64,000 nt of DNA from Eledone cirrhosa (taxonomy: Eukaryota), in NCBI GenBank assembly GCA_964016885.1, contig OZ024741.1:16740001-16804000 (forward strand). The letters are read 5' to 3'. A program made the position numbers and the translations under genes. The notes below the pieces were generated by a model. It was not told the DNA's origin, did no database searches, and saw nothing but the letters and a program-made list of their open reading frames with translations. How positions within the stretch are numbered: the first letter of the stretch is position 1; the number at the start of each line of letters is the position of its first letter. This document shows, piece after piece, positions 54,717 to 64,000 of the stretch.

Positions 54717-54774
54717 TATATATATATTTAAAATATATATATATAATATATATATATATAATATATATATATAG

Positions 54775-56560
54775 CGGTAGAACACTGGAAGGTAATATCC
54801 GTAGTGGTAGAGCACTCAGTCCATGGGACGAGTTAGGTAGAAGTGGTTACACAACAGTTAGTTCACCATACCGAGAACAATTGTTTCACCTTTGCGGATC
54901 TTCAGCTCGGGATGTGTATGGTTATAGGAACAGGAAGGACAACCGTACGAACGCGCATGCGCAGAAACTCGGTCACTTAACACAGGCAATACTAGACTGC
55001 ATGCGGGGGAGATAACTGCGAAAGTCCGGAAAGTTTTTTAGTTGAAAATAAAATAAAAAAATTAAAAATAAAATTACAAAAAATCACTTCGGAGCCTTGT
55101 AGTTAATCAATAGATGTTTGGTGATGTGTGGACAACGTGTTAAAAACTCACTTCTCGTGTTTAGGCAATCACTATTGCGTAATCTCTTTAGGATAGTTAT
55201 TCGTTCGTCAATACACAAGCCACACGTTGGATTTCCCCTTGCGTATGGCTTGGACTTAGTGATGGCTTTCCATTGAATGGAGTAGCCTATACTTGAGTCC
55301 TTGAGGGACCATACGTGGCTCGCAAGTTTCGTGGATGAACGTCTGTCCGGGTATCTGAAGGTAGACTGGTGGTTCAGGAATCGCTCCTTGAATCGGCCCT
55401 CCACCATGCCCACATAGGATTTAACCTCGTGTGGTTCGTTTGGTCGGTTGGAAGTGACCACAGCTTCATAGATTATAGCTGGTGTGTTGCATTGTTGTTG
55501 AAGGGGACAAGCTTCAGGCTTTCGGCAAGAGCACCCTGGTGTGGTGTTGCTCCTAGGGCTGCTGGTGATGTGGGCCTTCATGTTCTTAGTGCAGGAGTAT
55601 CCTAGTTTAACTTTGTGTCGGTTAAAGATGGAGCGGTATTTGTGACCTATGGGAAAGTGTCTATCTAAGAGGGCTAAAAATGTTTTCCTACATTAGTTTT
55701 AACGTTGAGTGAGAAGGGAGGAGAGAACCAGATAGTTTGTCTATTGTTCTTATTGCTGTTGTTGTTAGCTAACGCCGTGTTATAGTATGGTGCCGCCCTG
55801 TCAAAGATAGCCTTATTAGAGGAGAGGTTTGAGATCCTAGTACTGATATTCTTAATGAAGTTTATAAAAACAGTGGGAGGGTGGCACAAGTCCTTGTGAA
55901 TGTAATTAAGTTTCTCGTTTAGCTTATGGAAGGGTCTGTGGGTGTGTGTGCGAAGGTCTAAATTAATGTCTAAGAAATCTACACTAAGGCCTAAGGCCTA
56001 ACTCATTGAAGGTAGAAGCTAAGTCTTTTTTAAACCAGTCGAGGTCGTGACCACTTTTATGGCTCGATAAAGTCAGTCCATCATCACGCTATATTCCCGT
56101 GTGGAAGTCCGGCAATCTAACACGTAATATGTCTAAGATAAAAAGGCCAACCAAGTCACATACGTCAGCACTGTCAAACGATCCCATGGAGATCCTGAAG
56201 ATGTTGATTTCTTTATCCAGGCTACTCCGTCGTTGAAGAGGATGGTTTTCCGGCAGTGAGCGATGATTTCCCTGTCTAAACCATCGACGGTAGTGTAAGT
56301 GGTAGCAAAGTCCAATGCTTTGTTTAACAGGGTCTCTGAGATCGACGGGTAAAAATCGACAATGTCAAACTGTGGGAACTTCGCTTTATGGGATTTTAAG
56401 GAGTTAAACGACTTAATTACGGAGTCGCTGTTCTCCCACTGGGGCAGGTTGGACTTGGTCCTAATGGTCTTAACTATGTTTCTAAGTATGGCCTTACTGA
56501 CTAGTCCCATATCTGTGCGTGCCGGGTTTATTAGTCTACATGTGGGGTTAGTTTTCAAAT
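54775..56560 (-). mobile_element. 5'-truncated PLE with 3' pLTR
   Basis: CRLINPA, QFDIVDFYPSI, WFSPPF, CSC..CPL..IIY..YVG..FKER..CGLC..CPH. Confidence 0.92.
54871..54910 (-). ncRNA. Compact type I hammerhead ribozyme
   Basis: ccgag-CUGAAGA-u-cc-gcaaa-gg-u-GAAAC-AAUU-GUU-cucgg. Confidence 0.85.
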
Positions 56561-56597
56561 TTATTATTATTACTATTATATATATATATATATTATT

Positions 56598-56639
<42 letters not shown>

Positions 56640-56748
56640 AAATATGAAAAATGGCGTGCTGCGTGATTGCACATGGGTTACATATGAATAAAGTTAGTCC
56701 TTCATCAGTGATCTTCCAACCTTCATTGGTATTATATATATATAATAT

Positions 56749-58187
56749 ATCATCATCATCATCATCATCAACGTTTAACGTCCGTGTTCCACGCTTGCAT
56801 GGGTTTGGACGGGGGTAGTCCCACTTGAGGCAAGAGTGATTGTCTTGCTCGCATAGGACTGTCTGGCAGGTTTTCTACAGTTGGATGCCCTTCCTAACAC
56901 CAACCACATTTACAGTGTGGGTCTGGGAGGTTTTTACCGTGTTGCCTACACGGCCACATTACAGCGTGGACTGTGTGTTTTTTTGTCGTGACACCTACAC
57001 GATCTCGTTTGTTTCGGCCTGGATGGCGCGGCACCAACATAACTTTACATGGAACGGGGTGGTGTGGATGGGGTGGGGGTGGTGGCGGGACGGGGTGTAG
57101 TTTGTTAGAGATGCCTACTGGCAAGGCGAGTCTTCTCTGTTACTGAGTACCGCCAAAGGTCACGGTCCAGTGACATTGTCTTGGAGAGGTGTAAGTGTGT
57201 GAGGTCGGAGTTTATCAGCTCATCCCATGTTTTTCTAGGTCTGCCTATTCCGTGGCTACCGTCTATCTTTATTGCCCTGCACTTTGTAATACAGCTATCG
57301 ACTTTCATGCGCATCACGTGTCCATACCAACGCAGCCTTCTCTCGAGTAAACAACATCTGATCCCTCTTATCTCTAATTTTTTCCTTAGTTCGTTTATGC
57401 TTTGCCGTTCACGTATATTACTGTTACACATCCAGCGGAGCATGCAAGCTTCGTTCCTCTCTAGTCTGCGTATATCCTCTGCACACAATGCCCAGGTCTC
57501 ACTACCATGCAACATTGCTGTTCGTATGCAGGCATCGTACAACCTGCCTTTCATTTTTAGGGAGAACCCTTTAGCAGCTAATAGTGGTATAAGCTCTCTG
57601 AACTTTTTCCAACCAGTTCTGACTCTAGCTACAGTACTTTCAGAGCACCCTCCCCCACTGCTGATTTTATCGCCCAGGTAACGGAAGCTGTCCACTATTT
57701 CTATAGAACCCTCTGCGCAATTGAAAGAGCTAGTATTTTGTGGGCACTTGCTGCTACTTATTGCACCAGAACACCGGCCACATGTAAAGTCTATGTTCTT
57801 AGTTAGCTTACCTGTGATCCCACTACATCTTTTATGCACCCATACTTTGCATTTAGGACATAAGATGGAGTTTCTACCTACGCCTTTCCTACATACCGAG
57901 CACGACCATTTCCCAGAAGGGACCGCCGCCTTGTTTTCTTTCCTACAAACTAGAACTTTGGTCTTAGCCAGGTTAATTTTAAGTCCTTTTGACTCTAGGC
58001 CGTGCTTCCATGTTTGGAATTTCTTCTCTAGCTCGGCCATTGATTCCGCTATGAGTGTCAGGTCGTCTGCGTATAGGAGTTCCCATGGGCAGCCTGTCTT
58101 GAACTCCTCTGTTATAGCCTGAAGGGCAATAATAAATAGTAGGGAGCTGAGAACAGAGCCCTGATGGACGCCAACTTTTACGCTAAA
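56749..58187 (-). mobile_element. RTE-A 5'-truncated copy with uninterrupted RT C-terminus and PHD finger
   Basis: ORF 57105-58040; matches 6006-7443. Confidence 0.95.
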
Positions 58188-58231
58188 TATATATATTATA
58201 TATATATAATATATATATTATATATATAATA

Positions 58232-58279
<48 letters not shown>

Positions 58280-58282
58280 ATA

Positions 58283-58559
58283 TATCATCATCATCATTTT
58301 ACGTCCGCTTTTCCCTGCTTGCAAGGGTGGGACGGGAACTGATTCTGGCTAGATTTCTACAGCTGGATGCCCTTCCTAACACCAACCTCATTTATAGTGA
58401 GTGCTGGGTGCTTTTTTGCCGTGGCACCTCCACGACCACTTTGCAGTAGAATGATAGCGACCCCAGTCCCAATCATCTCATTTCTACAGCTGAGTAAACT
58501 GGAGCAATGTGAAATAAAGTGTCTTGCTCAAGGAAACAACACATCACCCGGTCTGAGAA
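58283..58559 (-). mobile_element. SINE S2 variant, 5'-truncated, with alternative tail
   Basis: The body matches 45965-46185 and the tail matches 23865-23925. Confidence 0.85.
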
Positions 58560-58635
58560 ATATATATAATATATATATAATATATATATTATATATATAA
58601 TATATATATATATAATATATATATAATATATATAT

Positions 58636-58680
<45 letters not shown>

Positions 58681-58725
58681 CCATGCAAGCGTGGAAGATG
58701 GATGTTAAACGATGATGATGATGAT
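58681..58725 (+). mobile_element. Ultra-short RTE/SINE 3' tail
   Basis: ccatgcaagcgtggaa..gttaaac(gat)n. Confidence 0.75.
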
Positions 58726-58805
58726 ATATATAATATATATATAAGATATATATATATATATTATATATATATAAGATATATATATATATATATTATATAT
58801 ATATA

Positions 58806-58847
<42 letters not shown>

Positions 58848-58940
58848 TATATAATATATATATATATATATAATATATATATATAATATATATATATATA
58901 TATTATATATATTTATTATATATATATATATATATAATAT

Positions 58941-61900
58941 ATATTTTGTTTTAGTCTCATTCATTCTCAGCCACACACTCATCGACACAGTCTCAACCTC
59001 TCGCATCAAATCCTCTGCCTCCTTCACTGTATTTGTCACCAAAACTATGTCGTCGGCAAATTCAGCATACGATACCTTTTTCGCCCTAACTCTCCTGCTC
59101 TGAGCCGGTGCTACAGTAAAGCCAGAGTCCTGGTGTTTCTCCAGTGCAAGGCGCATACAATAGTCCACTACGATGATAAAAAGGTAGGGAGCCAATGTAT
59201 CTCTCTGGAGCACTCCAGCCAGTATCTCAAAGAACTCTGTCATCCCATCAGGTGTAATGACTTGGGCTTTGGTGTTGCTGTAGAGCAGTGATATCAGGTC
59301 CACTATCTTCTTGGGGATTCCATAAGCCTGTAAGATCTTCATCGGGCAGTAACGGTCCACAGAATCAAAGGCCTTCCTAAAGTCAATGAAAACCATGACC
59401 GCAGGAAGGCACTTTGGTCTAGCTCCCTCTAATATCCTCCTCAGCATCAGGATGTGACTGGTGGTTGATCTACCCTCTCTGAAGCCGTTCTGGTTGTCCC
59501 TGAGCTTCTTCTCCTTCTCAGGCTGGATCCTGTTAAGAATCATCCTGTTGAGGGTCTTTGCCACAAGTGACGTCAGTGAGATCCCCTGGTAGTTGTTGGT
59601 GTTAGAGAGATCTCCCTTCTTTGGCACTGGGACGATGTTACTGATCCTCCACTGATTTGGGGCAACTCCCTTCTCCAGTGCCTCATTACAGAACCCCAGG
59701 ATGATATCATCAAAATCACACCTCTTCATCACTCCATCTTCTCCATGAGCCTTGCCCTCCTTGATCCTCTTCTTGGCTCTCTGAAGCTCCTCTCTGGTGA
59801 AGGGCTCTGTCTCAACATCCAGTTCCTCAAACAGCCGCCCGATCTCCCCAGTGCTCTGGGCTGTGGAGGGTGGCTCTCCTAGTAGGGTCCTAAAATGGTC
59901 TAGCCATTTCCTCTTCCTATCCTCGGGCCCCGTTCCCTGGATCTGACTCAAACACCTTCTCTTCCTCCTGTGATCTCGATGATCATCCAGATCTGTCAAC
60001 CGCTCTCTCCACACTTCTGATCTTCTCTATCAGTGCCTCCTCTCTGACCTCAGTGTAAGCGGTACAGAGTTCTTCCCTTATCACCTCCACAGTCTCCATC
60101 CTCTGCTCCGTAGGATCAGCATAGAATTGGTCCTTGGCAGCCTTCAGGTGTTCTCTGGCTGCACACACTTTTGGGTTTGCAGAGCTGACGTGCTTCCCTT
60201 TGTTCTTTTTCCTCGGCACCAGGGTTTCACTTGCTTCCGCCACTGCATTGGTGAAGTGCCCGTACCTCCTCGTCACACTCTCCTCAGTCCATCCAATCTC
60301 TCTCTCCTCTGACTCTCCACACAGAGCACTAAACCTGTTTCTCACTTCCACTGTGAACCTCTCCTGTAGCTTATCATCTTCCTTGAAAGCTCCCCAGTCA
60401 TAGATTGCTCTCCGGGGCCGAGCCTTGCTCTTTCTTAAGCTCACCCGGACTTCACTCATAACAAGCCGGTGGTCACTACCCAGTGTACTGAAATAACTGT
60501 ATGGTTCTATGTTCAGAACACTATTCCGCCACTTTTTCCTCACCAGAATGAAATCAATCTGGGACTTGGACAGGTGCACATCTGAGATGTAGGTCCACAT
60601 CTTCCCCAGATTCTTCCTAAACCTTAGGTTGGTCGCCATCAAGTTTGCCTCCAGCAGTAGTCTTCCATTTCGGTTGGTGTTGTTATGGAAGTACCAGAAA
60701 GGATCTTCACTGCCCTCCTTACTCAGATGTGCATTGAAGTCCCCCAAAACAAGCAGGATATTGTGTGCCTGAGTGGTGTTGACAGCTCTACACACCTCCT
60801 CATGGAACTCTTCCGCACTCACATCACTGTCCCCCTCGGTTGGACTATAGGCTGAGATGACTGTCAGTCTTGGGTTTCCATTGAAGGTCACCCTCAACAC
60901 TCGCGGGGAGATAGGCATTATTTCCCTCACCAACAGATTGGTTCCTGCACTGAACACAAAACCCACTCCTCCTACTGCAGCATTTGTTGTGTTCTTCACT
61001 GCCGATGTAGTGATGAGCTGGCTCCTCTTCCCGATCGTCACACTCCTCACGGGCTCATCGTGTAGGATCCTGTGTTCTTGGATCGCAAGTATCTGTATAC
61101 CACTCTCCTCGAACAGATGTCCCAACTCCTCTCTCTTCTCCAGCGTCCGAATAGTCCTCACATTCAAAGTGCCCATTTTGATGGCTCTTCTGCAGGACAA
61201 AACTGCATTCTTTATATTTGTCTCAGAGACAGCTGATCCATCATCCACTGGCCCTCTCTGTGGCTCTAAGCCAGCAGAGTCATAACGACCAGGATGCTCT
61301 TTGACAGTGTAATTAGGGGCTCTAACTCTAGTGCTGTTAGATCGACTCTCCATATTTCTTTTCAAATGGCTGACAATACCTTACTGGCGCAACTCGAATA
61401 AGGTAGTTATTTAACCCATAAATGGAGCCCTAACAGGTAGTACCACCCCAAGCCAGGGCAGACCTGGGAGTCATGACAACTAAGGGGTAACTCCACATTC
61501 CCCACAACTCCTGAACTGGAGCCTTGCCACTGGATGTAGTTTAATGTCATACCCAGGACAAGTATCTGGTAGAGAATGTTGAGAAGCCAGAGGGGATCAC
61601 TAATGTAGGCGGGAAGCCGCTAGAATTGGTTGAGGGCTTCCTGTATTTGGGAGCAAAGATTGGGAATACGGAAGATGATGTGGTTGTGAGGAAGAGCAAG
61701 GCCTGGGCGGTGTGCCACAGCTTGAGATCGGTGTGGAAGGTCCGCCTCTTCATTGCTGTAGTGGAGTCTGTGCTGCTGTATGGGCCTGAGACTTGGACAC
61801 TGACCAAGAAACTCACTCAGATGGTGGATGGGTGCTACACGAGAATGTTGAGGATGGCTCTGAACATTAATCAGTATACACTGAGGATGAAAAACTCAGA

Positions 61901-62187
61901 GCTGTATGGGAGCATCGCAAAAGTCAGCTCAAAAGTGACACAGAGGGGACTGAGGTTAGCTGGACACGCTCACCGACATCCAGAGTTGACATTGCACTCA
62001 GTGCTCCTTTGGGAGCCCCTACATGGACACACTAGAAGAGGAAGACCAAGGTTAACGTTTGTTGATGCCCTAAGGACAGACACTGGTCTGTTGGAGATGC
62101 AGGACATGGCAGCGATAATGAGGGACAGAGACCGCTGGAGAGAACTCGTCCATGGATCTCGGGAATTTTACCCGCCTTAGATAGATA
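58941..62187. mobile_element. RTE LINE family C, almost full length, with inverted 5' part (58941-61560 minus; 61561-62187 plus)
   Basis: Minus strand: GTLNVRT, IQEH, SAYSPT, GDFNA, SDH, QNGFR, FIDFRKAFD, FADD..TKTKY. Plus strand: KYLVEN..FLYLG..LLYGPETW..GRPRLTF and a TAGA tail. Confidence 0.92.
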
Positions 62188-62228
62188 ATATATATATATA
62201 TATATAATATATATAATATATATATATA

Positions 62229-62260
<32 letters not shown>

Positions 62261-62422
62261 ATATATTATATATATAATATATTATATATATATAATATAT
62301 ATATATAATATATATATAATATATGTAATATATATGTAATATATATATAATATATGTAATATATATATAATATATGTAATATATATATAATATATATATA
62401 TAATATATATATATAATATATA

Positions 62423-62599
62423 TTGTTTCTACTTTTGGCACAAGGCCAGCAATTACCCAGTGCATCACTGGTACTTTATTTTATCGACCCCGTAAGGATG
62501 AAAGGCAAAGTCAACCTTGGCGGGATTTGAACTCAGATCGTAAAGGGACGTAACTATGCTGGAAAGCATGGCGTCCGACCCTCTACCGATACTGCCAAT
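62423..62599 (-). mobile_element. SINE S1 copy
   Basis: Matches 548-724. Confidence 0.88.
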
Positions 62600-62620
62600 A
62601 CAATAATATATATATATAAT

Positions 62621-62652
<32 letters not shown>

Positions 62653-62688
62653 ATATATATATATAATATATATATATATATAATATAT

Positions 62689-64000
62689 ATCATCATAATC
62701 ATCATCACCGTTTTATGTCCGTTCTTCCACGCTAGCATGGGTTAGACGGGTTGTCCTGTTGTGGGCAGTGTCTGGTCGGCTGACCATGCCTTGCTCATAC
62801 AGGAACTGATCTGGCTTGATTTCTACAGCTGGATGCCCTTCCTAACACCAACCTCATTTACAGTGAGTGCTGGGTGCTTTTTCGTGGCGCCTACACGTCC
62901 ACTTTACAGTGTGGGCTGGGTGCTTTTTTTGCCGTGGCACCTCCACGACCACCTTGCGGTGGGGGGTGTGGGGGCATATTGTTTATATGCTTCAGCATGT
63001 ACCCATGGGAGGTCGGGTACTCTGTATTACTGCGAGACGCCAGAAGTCACGGTCGTGTGTCATTGTCTTTGAGAGGTGTAATTGGGTAAGGTCGGCTTTT
63101 ATCACCTCATCCCGGGTCATCTTGGGTCTTCCCACTCCGCGGTTTCCATCAACTTCTAGTGCTCTGCACCTTTTTATGCAGCTGTCATCCTTCATACGCA
63201 TCACATGTCCATACCAGCGCAACCGCCTCTCCTGCACACAGCATTTGATACCTCTTATGCTCAGTCTCTCTCTCGATTCATTTATGCTTTGTCGTTCACG
63301 TATATTACTGTTACACATCCATCGGAGCATGCAGGCTTCGTTTCTCTCTAATCTACGTAAGTCTTCCACCTTCAGCGCCCAGGTCTCACTACCATGCAAC
63401 ATCGCTGTTCGGATACACGCATCATACAGTCTGCCTTTCATTCTGAGGGAGAAGCCTTTTGCAGCTAGCAGTGGTAGTAGTTCCCTAAACTTCTTCCATC
63501 CCGTTCTTACCCTAGTTATTGTACTTTCTGAACACCCACCTCCATTGCTAATTCGGTCACCTAGGTAGCAGAAGCTGTCTACTGTTTCTACAGGGCCCTC
63601 CCAGAGATTGGTGGTACTTGTTTCCTGTGGCTGTTTGCTGCTTGCTGTTTCAGCACAGCTGCTGCATGTGAATCCTACATTCTTAATTAAGCTTCCTGAG
63701 ATCCCGCTACATCTCTTGTGTACCCATTGTTTGCATTTGGGGCAGAGAATGGAGTTCCTACCTACACCTTTCCTACATACTGAGCAAGGCCATTTCCCTG
63801 AGGGGATCTGGGTTCTGTTTTCTCGTCTACTTACAAGCACCTTAGTCTTTGTCATGTTGACTTTGAGACCCTTTATCTCTAGTCCCTGCTTCCAGGTTTG
63901 GAATTTATTCTCTAGTTCTATCATAGATTCAGCTATGAGTGTGAGGTCATCAGCATACAGGAGTTCCCATGGGCATCCGGTCTTAAATTCCTCCGTTATT
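62689..64000 (-). mobile_element. RTE-B copy running off the end of the window
   Basis: ORF 62992-63924, LLYADD, PHD insert, 3' UTR. Confidence 0.95.

Noticed and set aside
56690-56712. CTGATGA on the minus strand
   Set aside because: No stem II partner or GAAA downstream

Overview
This window is eukaryotic and made almost entirely of repeats; I recognise no host gene and no intact ORF. The SINE and RTE sequences suggest a cephalopod (octopus-like) genome, which is an inference. Long (TA)n arrays host nested, decayed transposons. These include about 12 Penelope-like elements (PLEs: an MG..D...DxVG/YRDD type with C-terminal GIY-YIG, plus one Neptune-like copy), three RTE LINE families, two tRNA-SINE families, a Gypsy-like LTR element, an LTR with primer-binding site, and Helitron and Tigger fragments. 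There is one 200-N gap. Main signals read by eye: (1) 12 hammerhead ribozyme copies (10 with intact cores) in PLE pseudo-LTRs, several with a compensatory U3-A8 core and a very large domain II; (2) a C4HC3 PHD finger inserted inside the RT of two RTE families; (3) a tandem hairpin-plus-pseudoknot array with covariation in RTE and SINE 3' ends; (4) a twin-priming-type 5' inversion in an RTE; (5) fold-back palindromes derived from pseudo-LTRs. Coordinates and base pairings were assigned by hand and not computed.
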